A DNA stretch of 64,000 bases from Bdellovibrionota bacterium (GTDB taxonomy: Bacteria; Bdellovibrionota_C; UBA2361; JBIKUX01). Each line of letters starts with the position of its first letter. Within the stretch, counting starts at the first letter, position 1. The stretch is from the NCBI GenBank assembly GCA_044347345.1, contig JBIKUX010000015.1:3810-67809 (forward strand), given 5' to 3'. Both the position numbers and the translations under genes were made by a program. The notes beneath the pieces were generated by a model, which saw nothing but the letters and a program-made list of their open reading frames with translations, was not told where the DNA came from and ran no database searches. Below, in pieces: positions 29,708-39,716 of the stretch.

Positions 29708-31462
29708 TTAAAAAGTTGCGACTAATAATATTAGCAATCCCAAACTGGCTACAACGTAGCTTTGAAAATCAGTTAGTGCAAATAGTACTGGATCTTCTAC
29801 CAGTTCGCCACGAGCCGCTAAAAACCACACTCGGAGAATCCAGTAAAGTGCCAGTGGTCCTGAGAGTAATAGTAGATCAGGTGTATGATAAAATTGAGTT
29901 ACGGCAGGGCTGGTTACATACAGCGCAAGTACCATAACGGCTGTGACCCCACTTGAAAGACCAATGCTTTGCATAGCACTAGCGTCAGATGCTAGATAAC
30001 CTCGTCCGGTAGCCTTTGTTTCTCCTCTTTCGTTTAAGCTTTGAAGTTCAACAAACCTTTTTACTGCACCGAGACTTAGGAAAAAGAATACTGAAAATGC
30101 AAGTAGCCAAGGAGATGAGTTGAGATTAGTAGCTACGCATCCAGCAAATATGCGAGTTGTGTAAAGTAGAGCAAGGGTGAGGATGTCTATAACTAAAAGA
30201 CGTTTTAGCACAGACGAATAAAGTAAGGTTACAGTGAAATAAAGAGTGAGCACTAGTATAACTTTGCTTGAAATAGTCTGGGCTAAAACTACTGCCGAAA
30301 ATATGAGGATGACTGTTAATTTTAGAGCATCAGTTATATCAAGAGTTCCACGAGCTAAAGGGCGAAAACGTTTGATAGGATGACGGCGGTCTGATGGTAA
30401 ATCTAAGAGGTCATTTATTAAATATACTGCTGATGCGCATAAACTAAAAGATAGCGCTGCAATTAGTGCTGAAAAAAGTAAGCTAAAATTATTTAGCTTA
30501 TGTGCAAAGATAAGAGGAACAAAAAGTAAGAGATTTTTTGACCATTGATGAATGCGAAGCGCTTTGCTAAGAACATGAAATCTGCTTGTATCAGGTATAA
30601 GATGGGCACCCGCAGTATTATCTGCACCCGCAGTATTATCTGCACCCGCGGCATTATCTGCACCCGCGGCATTATCTGCATTAAGTGCCTTTAGTGTCTG
30701 ATCGCCATTATTATTATTACTATTATTAGGGGTATCATTAGCTGAACTTAACACTTGAATATTAAGTTCAGTTGGTAAATTTTTTATTCTGTTGCTAAAT
30801 ATGAAGTTACTATTTACTACGAAGCTCTTGTGAGAATTTTTCCATACAGGAATATCTGCTTTACAATCGCCAATATAATCAAAACCTTTTTGATTAAATC
30901 GTTTTGATAGCTCATCTGCCTTTCTGCTACCTTTTAAGTTTGTTTCATTGGAAGTAGCGATTACCTCATCAAATAAACCAAGGTGGTCAGCTGCCTGCTG
31001 AGCGATTATTTTATGGCTGGCAGTAGCAAGAACAATATGACGACCTTCTTTTTTTGCGCTCTTTATTTTATGTATAACCTCTTCTCGCCAAGGAAGCTCT
31101 GCTAAATTTAGATGAGCATTACGGGCTATAAATTCTTTAATGAATGTCTTTCCTTTAATGAGAGCAGGAATAAGATTGAAAAGTAGTGTAGGGTTTGTTC
31201 GAATTATCGCGAGTAATCCCTCATAAAGCAGGTCTGAGCGACACAGTGTTCCATCAAGATCAACACATAGAGGGATAGATGAACTTGAGTTAGGTAAGTG
31301 AGAGTCGTTTTGGGGAATTGTCCTTTCTTGTTTATCTAGAGAGTTGTTTGGTGAAATACTAGAGTTCATTGATTCGTGTACTTTGCTGTTGGAAGGGTAT
31401 CTTCGCAAAATTTTAGCAAACATAATAGAGACTGACGATGGATAGCCTACTTGCTCGTTCAA
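29708..31462 (-). CDS. Fusion protein: N-terminal HAD-superfamily phosphatase domain and C-terminal UbiA-family prenyltransferase domain, joined by a hexapeptide-repeat linker. The true start is probably downstream of 31462, because it would otherwise overlap the mgtE start.
   Basis: HAD motif I VDLDGTL. UbiA motif NDLLDLPSDRRHPIKRFRPLARG. Multiple transmembrane spans in the C-terminal half. Linker (NAAGAD)n. Confidence 0.65.
   Translation of the reverse strand: MNEQVGYPSSVSIMFAKILRRYPSNSKVHESMNSSISPNNSLDKQERTIPQNDSHLPNSSSSIPLCVDLDGTLCRSDLLYEGLLAIIRTNPTLLFNLIPALIKGKTFIKEFIARNAHLNLAELPWREEVIHKIKSAKKEGRHIVLATASHKIIAQQAADHLGLFDEVIATSNETNLKGSRKADELSKRFNQKGFDYIGDCKADIPVWKNSHKSFVVNSNFIFSNRIKNLPTELNIQVLSSANDTPNNSNNNNGDQTLKALNADNAAGADNAAGADNTAGADNTAGAHLIPDTSRFHVLSKALRIHQWSKNLLLFVPLIFAHKLNNFSLLFSALIAALSFSLCASAVYLINDLLDLPSDRRHPIKRFRPLARGTLDITDALKLTVILIFSAVVLAQTISSKVILVLTLYFTVTLLYSSVLKRLLVIDILTLALLYTTRIFAGCVATNLNSSPWLLAFSVFFFLSLGAVKRFVELQSLNERGETKATGRGYLASDASAMQSIGLSSGVTAVMVLALYVTSPAVTQFYHTPDLLLLSGPLALYWILRVWFLAARGELVEDPVLFALTDFQSYVVASLGLLILLVATF
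30607..30678. repeat. Four tandem copies of an 18-bp unit (CACCCGCAGTATTATCTG/CACCCGCGGCATTATCTG). They encode the ADNAAG hexapeptide-repeat linker of the HAD/UbiA fusion.
   Basis: Read directly from the sequence. Confidence 0.85.
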
Positions 31463-32772
31463 TTTTTAATGCTGATATATCTCAGCTAACTCAGTTTAAA
31501 GAAGAACTCAACTCACTTGCCCCTGTTGATACTGGAGAGTTGATCGTTCACCTTCCTGCTGAGCGTCGTGCATTAGCGTTCCGGTTGTTAGAAAAAAACC
31601 ATGCAACTCAAGTGTTTGAATATTTGACTCCTGAGGTACAACAAGAGCTTATCGAATCTTTGTACGATTCTCAGGTTCTTCATCTGGTTGAATCGATGAG
31701 TCCAGATGACAGAGCGCTTCTATTTGATGAGCTTCCAGCTTCTGTTGTTCAGAGGCTTCTTGCTCAACTGAGTCCTGCGGCTAGGCAAGATACTGCTACC
31801 ATACTGGGATATTTGGAGGGCACTGCTGGCCGAATAATGACAACAGAATACGTTCGGTTAACTGAAGGCTTAACTGTTGAGCAAGCAACTGCGAAAATGA
31901 AACTTCAGGATAGAGATAAAGAGACTATATATTATGCTTACGTTACTGACGAAAACAGGATGCTTGTTGGTGTAGTATCGTTGCGGCAACTTATTTTTTC
32001 ATTACCAGATGTGTTAGTTCGCGATATAGCTAGTACAAAAATTATTAAAGTGGCTACTGATACTCCTCAGGAAGATGTGGCCCGAATGATGAAAAGATAT
32101 GATTTAATTGCTTTGCCGGTTGTTGATAAAGAATCAAGGTTGGTAGGTCTTGTAACTATTGATGATATAATTGATGTCGTTGACGAAGAAGCTACCGAGG
32201 ACGTACAAAAAATTGTCGGTGGCTCGGGAGATGAACAAGCGTTATGTCATCCTTTAGTTACAATTCAAAAGCGCCTCCCTTGGTTGTTGGGAAATATCTT
32301 TTTATATATTGGGGCAGCCAGTGCCGTTGCTCCGTTTCAGCGAACTATATCGATGGTTCCAGTTATAGCAGTAATTATGCCTATATTGTCAAATACTAGC
32401 GGAAATGTTGCTATACAGTCGCTAGCTGTAACAGTAAGGGGGCTGGGTGTGGGAGAGATTACCACAGCAGATACTCTAAAGCTTGTCCAAAAAGAACTTA
32501 TTGCCGCTTGTGGTTTAGCTTTAGGACTCGGTGCAGCACTAGGAATGCTTTCTTTGCTTTGGTCTTCAGAAGGGGCTATCTGGTTAGCCGCAATTGCGGC
32601 CGCGATAATGTGTCTAAATGTTTTTATAGCCGCTACACTAGGCACTCTTTTACCGATGTTGCTAAAAAGGTACAAATTAGACCCTGCGCTTATAAGCGGG
32701 CCGCTTTTGACTACCATTCTTGATGCAATCGGGTTCTTTTCTTTTTTAGTATGTGTAAGCTCCTTAGCCTGA
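31438..32772 (+). CDS. mgtE: Magnesium transporter MgtE.
   Basis: MgtE N-domain, tandem CBS domains, and C-terminal five-transmembrane MgtE domain (GNVAIQSLAVTVRGL). Confidence 0.85.
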   Translation: MDSLLARSIFNADISQLTQFKEELNSLAPVDTGELIVHLPAERRALAFRLLEKNHATQVFEYLTPEVQQELIESLYDSQVLHLVESMSPDDRALLFDELPASVVQRLLAQLSPAARQDTATILGYLEGTAGRIMTTEYVRLTEGLTVEQATAKMKLQDRDKETIYYAYVTDENRMLVGVVSLRQLIFSLPDVLVRDIASTKIIKVATDTPQEDVARMMKRYDLIALPVVDKESRLVGLVTIDDIIDVVDEEATEDVQKIVGGSGDEQALCHPLVTIQKRLPWLLGNIFLYIGAASAVAPFQRTISMVPVIAVIMPILSNTSGNVAIQSLAVTVRGLGVGEITTADTLKLVQKELIAACGLALGLGAALGMLSLLWSSEGAIWLAAIAAAIMCLNVFIAATLGTLLPMLLKRYKLDPALISGPLLTTILDAIGFFSFLVCVSSLA

Positions 32773-32996
32773 AGATAATTAACCCACTTAAGTGGAAAAA
32801 ATCTACTTTCGTCACTTGGAGGGTTTCATCTTGACTAAATTCAGGGTAAAGAAGTGAGGGATATATTTTTTTGTGTTTTAGAAAAGAAAAGTATCTCTAC
32901 AAAAAAAGCAAATTTAGAGAAAGGCAAATTAGTAAAATATTTATTTTGCGACTCTATCTCTTTTTTTTTGAGGGAAATGCCAATTAAAATTATTAC

Positions 32997-33872
32997 ATGA
33001 AGAGTCGAAGAGGTAATTTTCCAAGAATAGCTTTGAAGCCATCAGTCTTTTTGATGCTTACGAGGTTTTCAGAGCTTAGGAGGCGGTTGATGCCTACACG
33101 GCTGCTGGTACTTAGTACCGTAGCTCTGACTGTAGTCATAGTTGCGTCATTCGCTATCGTAAGGAGAGTTGAAGTATCGAAAAACTCTGAAGTAGTACCA
33201 ACTCCTAAATTATCGAAAAATGCCGGTTTGAGTTCTCTGGTGGGTGTAAATGAAGCATTGGCACAGCCAGATGGTGGAACAAACGCTGCTAATACTGGAA
33301 GCGGTATTCCTGAGACTAGTTATCCAGATTATCCGGCGGCTGGCATTGAGTCTGGCGTATGGAACGACGGAAAGGCTGCATTGTGGGACTTATCAATCAT
33401 TGACCACTACAAGTATGTTGGTGCTGAGGAAAGAGCTGATGGCTATCGTCCTGAACAGCCAATAAATTTTAGCCACATAGTTCATGTCCAAAAAAACAAG
33501 ATGGAGTGCCAGTATTGTCATTGGAATGTTAACAAGTCCAACTATGCTGCAATTCCTGAAGTAGAGTCATGTATGGGCTGTCATAATTTGGTAAAAGGTA
33601 GTGATGAAGCTAGTCGTAAAGAGATCGCTAAATTGGAAGATTACTACAAACGTGGAGAGCCTATTCCTTGGGAAAAGGTTCATGTGATGCCAAATCATTA
33701 CAAGTTTAATCATAAGCGTCATGTCAAAGCTGGTGTTACTTGCCACCAATGTCATGGCCAGGTCGGGGAAATGGCTGTAGTAGAGCGAACAAGTTCAATG
33801 AAAATGGGCTGGTGTATAGATTGCCATCGTGAACAGGGCACGAGTATTGATTGTGCTACCTGCCACTATTAA
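32997..33872 (+). CDS. actA: Alternative complex III subunit ActA, a pentahaem cytochrome c.
   Basis: Five CxxCH motifs: CQYCH, CMGCH, CHQCH, CIDCH and CATCH. N-terminal membrane anchor. Confidence 0.8.
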   Translation: MKSRRGNFPRIALKPSVFLMLTRFSELRRRLMPTRLLVLSTVALTVVIVASFAIVRRVEVSKNSEVVPTPKLSKNAGLSSLVGVNEALAQPDGGTNAANTGSGIPETSYPDYPAAGIESGVWNDGKAALWDLSIIDHYKYVGAEERADGYRPEQPINFSHIVHVQKNKMECQYCHWNVNKSNYAAIPEVESCMGCHNLVKGSDEASRKEIAKLEDYYKRGEPIPWEKVHVMPNHYKFNHKRHVKAGVTCHQCHGQVGEMAVVERTSSMKMGWCIDCHREQGTSIDCATCHY

Positions 33873-33905
33873 AGATTGTGATATTTGATTCGGTTGTGAG
33901 AGTTT

Positions 33906-36900
33906 ATGACCATAACGCAAAAACGAAACAGTCTAGTTATTCTCGATAATGGACTCGAAGAGATTCAGTCAAAAATGTCTTCGGATTTATCTGTTTGTTC
34001 CGATGTAGCCGAATCAGTGACTGAAGGTGCTTCCAAAGAGGGCGAAACTGTTAGTAGAAGAGGCTTTTTAAAGATTTTGGGTACAGCGTCTGCTGCAACT
34101 ACTGCTGTAGCCTGTGCTCCCGACAAGCGACACGATATTTTTCCTCACGTTAAAGGTCAAAATGGTTCAATACCTGGTGAGCCTGTTTGGTATAAAAGCA
34201 CCTGTACAGAATGTAGTGCAGGATGCGGTACAATGGTTAAATCCGTTGATGGTAGGACTATAAAAGTTGAAGGCAACAAAGAGCACCCTATCAACCGAGG
34301 AGGCTTATGTGCATTGGGACAAGCTTCGCTACAGCATCTTTACGATCCTGACAGAGTAAGACAGCCTTTGAAGCGTACTTTAGACCGTCGTGGTAAACCG
34401 CAATTTATTCCTATAAGTTGGGATGAGGTAATTGGTGAAGTAGGGCAAGCTTTAAAAAAGACAGATAAGAAGCATGTGTCACTTTTAGGTACGCTCTCTA
34501 CATCTTCTGTTGATTTATTTTCTTTGCTCAGTGAGAAGGTAGGGGTTCGTCCGGTTTATGCTGATATTTCTGAGCCTGTGGCACTTGCTGAAGCAAATCT
34601 TGCCGTATTTGGTGAGTATGGGGTTCCTAAATATAAATTTGAGAATGCTGATTTTATCTTAAACTTTGGGGCAGATTTTTTAGAGACTTGGATTTCTCCG
34701 TGTGAATTCGCGCGTGGATGGTCTCGAGCAAAGCGAGCTGATCCGCCACTCATGTATGTGCATTTTGAGCCTCGTTTATCTCTTACTGGGGCTAATGCAG
34801 ACCTTTGGCGAAATATCACTCCTGGGAGTGAGCTTGCAATTGTAAGAGCAATTATTTCAAGAATACTAGAAGAAAACCCTTCAGCAAAAAGTTTGTTAAC
34901 GGTAGATATACCGGACACCAGCACTGATGATGCATCAAAGATATCAGGTGTAAACAAGAATGACATTGAACGAGTAGTTCAGTTATTGCTGAAAGCTAAA
35001 TCACCGCTGATTATAGCTGGAGGTGTTGCTGCCGCTACTGCTGACCCTCTTGCGTTACTTGTTGCTGTGCAGGTATTAAATCGAATTGTGGGTGGAGTTG
35101 GTAAAACTGTTTTCCCAAATGAAACTCGCGAAGTTTTTTCATCGCAAACTCAATTTGCTGAATTAGTAAATGACCTTAACGATGAAAAAATTGGAGTAAT
35201 GTTTACCCATGGCGGTAATCAAGCCTTTACTTGCGCCGGAGAATTTCAATTCGGTATCGCAGCTAGAAAAAGTGAGCTTACTGTCGCTTTAAGTAGCCAT
35301 CTTGATGAGACAACTTCTCTCGCTGATTTTATTTTGCCGGTTCACACTGGGTTAGAAAGTTGGGGATATCATAGGTCATCTGTTGACTCTATCTCTACTA
35401 TTCAGCCTTCAATGGCACCTGTTTTTGATACACGAGATGTAGGAGATATACTGCTACAGCTAGCAAGTGCTACTGGAAAAGATTTAGCTCCGCAAAAAAC
35501 AATGAAAGACTTTGTTTTTGCTCAATTTTCTCCTGATCTTGTGGTTTCTTCAAATTCTACCCAAGAGGCGGATATTTTTAAGAGTTGGGTAAAGATTTTA
35601 GCGACTGGCGGAATATTTGGTGAAGCAGCTCGTAAGAGCAAGATTGGTTCTAATTATCGAGCTAAGGTAGATGTTCCCTCTGCTGAAAGTCTTCGTGCTA
35701 GGGTCAGTGTTGCAACTGAGCAGTTTTCTCAATTATTTGTTACTGAAGAAAAAAATGAGCTTTTGTTGTACCCTTATCCATCAATTAAGACTTTTGATGG
35801 TAGGTCGGCAAATCGTCCTTGGCTGCAAGAACTTCCAGATCCCATAACTCAATTAGTTTGGGATACATGGGCTGAGCTGCATCCGCTGACAGCTAAGGAA
35901 TTAGGTGTTGAGCAGGGTGACCTTATTAATTTAAGAACTACTTTCGGTGAGGTCAGGGTTCCTCTCTATATCACTCCATACGTTACTCCGAATATTGTAG
36001 CAGTACCTACAGGACAAGGACACGAAGCTTACGGTCGATTTGCTCAGGCAGTAGGTAACGGCAATGTTTTTTCCTTAATCAATAAATCAGTTAGTGGAAG
36101 CAGTGAGAGTGCACCTCTTTTAAATACCAAAGTAAAAGTGTTTAGGGGTTCTGGATCTCATACTTTGGTTTCTACTACCGGTAGTAGGTCGCAAGAAGAT
36201 AGAGGTCTAGCTAAAACCAAACTCATTCCACCTCCCGGCGAAAAACTACATTCTCACGATCATAAAGGCCATGATGGGGGTCATCATCATCATGGTCCGG
36301 TTAAGCAAATGTACCATCAGCGTGAGCATCCTGTTTACCGTTGGGGCATGTCTATTGATCTAAATGCATGTACCGGCTGTAGTGCCTGCGTGGTAGCTTG
36401 TTACGCCGAGAACAATATTCCTGTAGTAGGCAAAGAGATGAATGCTATGGGTCGTGAAATGTCTTGGCTACGCATTGAGCGTTATATAGACAGTGAGCCT
36501 GATGAAGAATTACAGGTCAGTTATTTACCAATGTTGTGTCAACACTGTAATAATGCTCCTTGTGAGCCAGTGTGCCCTGTTTATGCCACTTATCACAATG
36601 AAGAGGGCTTAAATGCAATGGTATACAATAGATGTGTGGGAACACGTTATTGTTCAAATAACTGCTCTTATAAAGTAAGGCGGTTTAACTGGGTGGATAT
36701 CGAATTCCCAGAGCCTTTAAGCTGGCAACTTAATCCATATGTAACTAAGCGTACAGGTGGAGTTATGGAAAAGTGTACTTTCTGCGTACAACGGATCCAT
36801 GAAGCTCAAGATAGAGCCAAGGATGAAGGTCGCTTTGTAATGGACGGAGAAATTCAACCTGCATGCGTGCAAAGTTGTCCTACTGAGGCGATTGTATTTG

Positions 36901-37034
36901 GTAATTTAAACGATCCAAATAGTGGTGTGAGTAAAGCCCATGCTGCTTCGGGTGCGTATAAAGTGCTAGATCCTTTTATAAATACTCAGCCTGCTGTGGC
37001 TTATATAGAGCGAAAAAAATATCAGCTAACTTGA
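33906..37034 (+). CDS. actB: Alternative complex III subunit ActB: a molybdopterin-oxidoreductase-like domain fused to a 4Fe-4S ferredoxin domain, with a Tat signal.
   Basis: Tat motif SRRGFLKILG. N-terminal Cys cluster CTECSAGC. C-terminal CTGCSACVVAC ... CQHCNNAPCEPVCP ferredoxin motifs. 1042 aa. Confidence 0.85.
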   Translation: MTITQKRNSLVILDNGLEEIQSKMSSDLSVCSDVAESVTEGASKEGETVSRRGFLKILGTASAATTAVACAPDKRHDIFPHVKGQNGSIPGEPVWYKSTCTECSAGCGTMVKSVDGRTIKVEGNKEHPINRGGLCALGQASLQHLYDPDRVRQPLKRTLDRRGKPQFIPISWDEVIGEVGQALKKTDKKHVSLLGTLSTSSVDLFSLLSEKVGVRPVYADISEPVALAEANLAVFGEYGVPKYKFENADFILNFGADFLETWISPCEFARGWSRAKRADPPLMYVHFEPRLSLTGANADLWRNITPGSELAIVRAIISRILEENPSAKSLLTVDIPDTSTDDASKISGVNKNDIERVVQLLLKAKSPLIIAGGVAAATADPLALLVAVQVLNRIVGGVGKTVFPNETREVFSSQTQFAELVNDLNDEKIGVMFTHGGNQAFTCAGEFQFGIAARKSELTVALSSHLDETTSLADFILPVHTGLESWGYHRSSVDSISTIQPSMAPVFDTRDVGDILLQLASATGKDLAPQKTMKDFVFAQFSPDLVVSSNSTQEADIFKSWVKILATGGIFGEAARKSKIGSNYRAKVDVPSAESLRARVSVATEQFSQLFVTEEKNELLLYPYPSIKTFDGRSANRPWLQELPDPITQLVWDTWAELHPLTAKELGVEQGDLINLRTTFGEVRVPLYITPYVTPNIVAVPTGQGHEAYGRFAQAVGNGNVFSLINKSVSGSSESAPLLNTKVKVFRGSGSHTLVSTTGSRSQEDRGLAKTKLIPPPGEKLHSHDHKGHDGGHHHHGPVKQMYHQREHPVYRWGMSIDLNACTGCSACVVACYAENNIPVVGKEMNAMGREMSWLRIERYIDSEPDEELQVSYLPMLCQHCNNAPCEPVCPVYATYHNEEGLNAMVYNRCVGTRYCSNNCSYKVRRFNWVDIEFPEPLSWQLNPYVTKRTGGVMEKCTFCVQRIHEAQDRAKDEGRFVMDGEIQPACVQSCPTEAIVFGNLNDPNSGVSKAHAASGAYKVLDPFINTQPAVAYIERKKYQLT

Positions 37035-37133
37035 AAATAAAAAATAAGGGCGCCGTGAATATATTCAATTAAGATAACTTTTTTGAAATATTCTAATGAT
37101 AAAAAAAACGATAAGGTCAACCAAGCAAGTGAT

Positions 37134-38507
37134 ATGGGGAATGCAAATTTGAATAGAGAATCGGTACCATCAACTGATGAAGTACCGCTTACCTATGCTG
37201 AGGTAAATAACTCAGTATTAAATATGCTTAAGCCACCAACTTGGAGGTGGTATCTACTGTTAGCGGTGAATCTAATTCTTGTAGCAGTTGGAGCTTTTTC
37301 ATGGACTAGGCAGATTTTACGAGGAATAGGAGAGTCTGGAAAATCACATCCTAGTATGTGGGGTGTTTACATTACTACTTTCGTGTTTTGGGTAGGTATA
37401 GCTCATTCTGGAACATTGATCTCAGCCGTACTGTACCTTTTTCGAGCTAAGTTTCGGATGCCAATTTATCGTCTTGCTGAAGCAATGACTGTATTTGCAG
37501 TACTAACAGCTGGTTTGTTCCCTTTAATTCATCTAGGACGAGTTTGGTATTTTTACTGGCTTATGCCTTACCCAAACCAGCGTGCAATATGGCCAAATTT
37601 TAAGTCTCCTCTCTTGTGGGATGTTTTTGCAGTATCAACATACTTAACCATTTCGACTACCTTTTTTATAGTGGGTCTGATACCCGATATAGCTGTAGCA
37701 AGAGATGCTGCCAAAACTCGTTTTAGAAAACTTTTGTACGGAGTTGCATCTCTTGGATGGAGCGGTAACCATGTACAATGGAAACATTACACATCCGCTT
37801 ATTTATTTTTCGCAGCTTTAGCTACTCCCTTGGTTGTTTCTGTTCATAGTGTGGTATCTTGGGATTTCGCGATGAGTATAGTTCCCGGATGGCATGCTAC
37901 TATATTCCCGCCGTACTTTGTTGCAGGAGCGATCTTTTCGGGAGTTGCGATGGTGATAACTCTCATTATCCCGATAAGAAAGATTTTTGGGCTGGAGCGC
38001 ATAGTTGAACCGATACATTTTGACGCGATGAGTAAGCTCATATTGCTGACAAGTACGGTACTTTTTTACGCATACGCAACGGAGTTTTTTATCGCTTGGT
38101 TTAGTAACAACCCGTTCGAGAGAGCGCAATTCTGGTATCGTCCTTTCGGAGACCAAGCAGTAGCCTTTTGGGGTATGGTGTTTTGTAACTGTATAGCTCC
38201 GTTAGCTTTGTGGTGGAAGCCTCTCAGAACCAATTTGGTTTTCTTGTTTATACTGTCAATAATCATCAATATAGGGATGTGGCTTGAAAGATTTAATATT
38301 ATCGTTCAATCCCTCGTGCACGAATACATTCCATATTCATGGGGTTTCTATAATTTCTCATGGGTGGATGTTGGTATCATTATCGGCTCTTTTGGTTGGT
38401 TTGGTATGTGGATGACTATCTTTGTTAAGTTTTTTCCAGCTGTTTCTATTACCGAGATTAAAGAGATATTAAATCCTCCCACTCGAGTAGTTAAAGAGCA
38501 CCATTAA
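37134..38507 (+). CDS. actC: Alternative complex III subunit ActC (NrfD/PsrC-like quinol-interacting membrane subunit). The ATG at 37134 is preferred over the TTG at 37083.
   Basis: Polytopic membrane protein of about 460 aa. It directly follows actB in the canonical operon position. Confidence 0.8.
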   Translation: MGNANLNRESVPSTDEVPLTYAEVNNSVLNMLKPPTWRWYLLLAVNLILVAVGAFSWTRQILRGIGESGKSHPSMWGVYITTFVFWVGIAHSGTLISAVLYLFRAKFRMPIYRLAEAMTVFAVLTAGLFPLIHLGRVWYFYWLMPYPNQRAIWPNFKSPLLWDVFAVSTYLTISTTFFIVGLIPDIAVARDAAKTRFRKLLYGVASLGWSGNHVQWKHYTSAYLFFAALATPLVVSVHSVVSWDFAMSIVPGWHATIFPPYFVAGAIFSGVAMVITLIIPIRKIFGLERIVEPIHFDAMSKLILLTSTVLFYAYATEFFIAWFSNNPFERAQFWYRPFGDQAVAFWGMVFCNCIAPLALWWKPLRTNLVFLFILSIIINIGMWLERFNIIVQSLVHEYIPYSWGFYNFSWVDVGIIIGSFGWFGMWMTIFVKFFPAVSITEIKEILNPPTRVVKEHH

Positions 38508-38531
38508 AGGGGTAGGAGAGTTAGGAGGCTA

Positions 38532-39086
38532 ATGGTACCGAACAGCAGAATAAATAATATATCACCTAGCACATCTGGTAGAGCTAAGGCCGTGGTCGGA
38601 GTGTTTACTTATATTGATGATACGCTCGAGGCAGTAGCTAGGGCTAAGGACGAAGGCTTTGACTACCGTGTTTACTCTCCAGTTCCGAGGCATGAGATAG
38701 AAGAAGTTACATATCCTAACAAAAGTCCAGTGAGGTTCATTACGTTTTTAGGGGCATTAACTGGTATTACATTCGGATTTTCGTTGGCTATCCTTACCTC
38801 GCTTGATTATCCACTGAGGGTAAGTGCAAAAGAAATAGCTGCTGTTCCATCATTTATAGTAGTCGGGTTTGAGTGCACGATACTTTTTGGAGGTGTATTC
38901 ACCTTTTTAGCATTACTGTTTTTTTGTCGGTTGCCAGATGTCTTACGTAAGGTGGGTTTCGATCCTCGTTTTACTCAGGATAAGTTTGGTGTTGTGATTG
39001 GTTGTAATACTGAACAAGTGGATGACATAGTTACAGGTTTGAAACAGATTGGTGCCGATGAAGTACAAGTACGCGACGGGATTTAA
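38532..39086 (+). CDS. actD: Alternative complex III subunit ActD.
   Basis: Small membrane protein at the canonical position between actC and actE. Confidence 0.6.
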   Translation: MVPNSRINNISPSTSGRAKAVVGVFTYIDDTLEAVARAKDEGFDYRVYSPVPRHEIEEVTYPNKSPVRFITFLGALTGITFGFSLAILTSLDYPLRVSAKEIAAVPSFIVVGFECTILFGGVFTFLALLFFCRLPDVLRKVGFDPRFTQDKFGVVIGCNTEQVDDIVTGLKQIGADEVQVRDGI

Positions 39087-39639
39087 TGGTATGAACGGAG
39101 CATCGTTACAAAAGGGTTTGTCCACCTTCGCTAAATTGCTTTGGTGTTGTGTGTTGACGATAACATGTGAGTTGGCTGAAGCATTGCCTTTTAACCAAGA
39201 CATGGTTAACACACAGTATTCTAACGGAACAATAATGCGACCAGCACCTGAAGGAGCTGTAAGTGTAGCTGAGGCTAATCGATGGGTTGGTAAAAAGCGT
39301 GAGGATGCCTTAGCGCTGACTAATACGGTTCCACCTTCAGTAGAGTCTGTTTCTAAGGGAAAGCGTCTTTATCACATCAACTGCTCTCCCTGTCACGGTA
39401 GAATGTTAGAAGGTGAGTATGTGCCCGGAGCTGTATCGCAGCAGGTTCCTGGTCCTAATTTATTTATGGCATTTTATAAAGACCGGCCTGACAATCATTT
39501 CTTTCAGTTCATTTACTTTGGAGGTATGGCTATAATGCCGGCCTACGGATGGAAATTTTCTATAGAAGAGCACTGGGATATCGTAAATTACATTCGGTCG
39601 GTGCAATCCGTTTCCACTAATCCCGATAAAGCACAGTAA
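39058..39639 (+). CDS. actE: Alternative complex III subunit ActE, a monohaem cytochrome c. The start is at 39058 or 39091.
   Basis: Single CSPCH haem-binding motif. Hydrophobic, Cys-containing N-terminus. Confidence 0.75.
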   Translation: MKYKYATGFNGMNGASLQKGLSTFAKLLWCCVLTITCELAEALPFNQDMVNTQYSNGTIMRPAPEGAVSVAEANRWVGKKREDALALTNTVPPSVESVSKGKRLYHINCSPCHGRMLEGEYVPGAVSQQVPGPNLFMAFYKDRPDNHFFQFIYFGGMAIMPAYGWKFSIEEHWDIVNYIRSVQSVSTNPDKAQ

Positions 39640-39716
39640 TATTTAAGAAATATTAAAGTTCAGTCATATTAGAGTTACAGAGATTTTATAGACACAGATT
39701 ACAGGAGAGATATTTT

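Noticed and set aside
30493-30681. 62-aa ORF (MQIMPRVQIMPRV...) on the minus strand
   Set aside because: It is an alternative-frame reading of the 18-bp repeat array inside the HAD/UbiA fusion gene. Its repetitive translation is an artefact of the DNA repeat.
34556-34966. 136-aa minus-strand ORF
   Set aside because: Antisense to actB.
37818-38269. Three minus-strand ORFs of 65-112 aa
   Set aside because: Antisense to actC.
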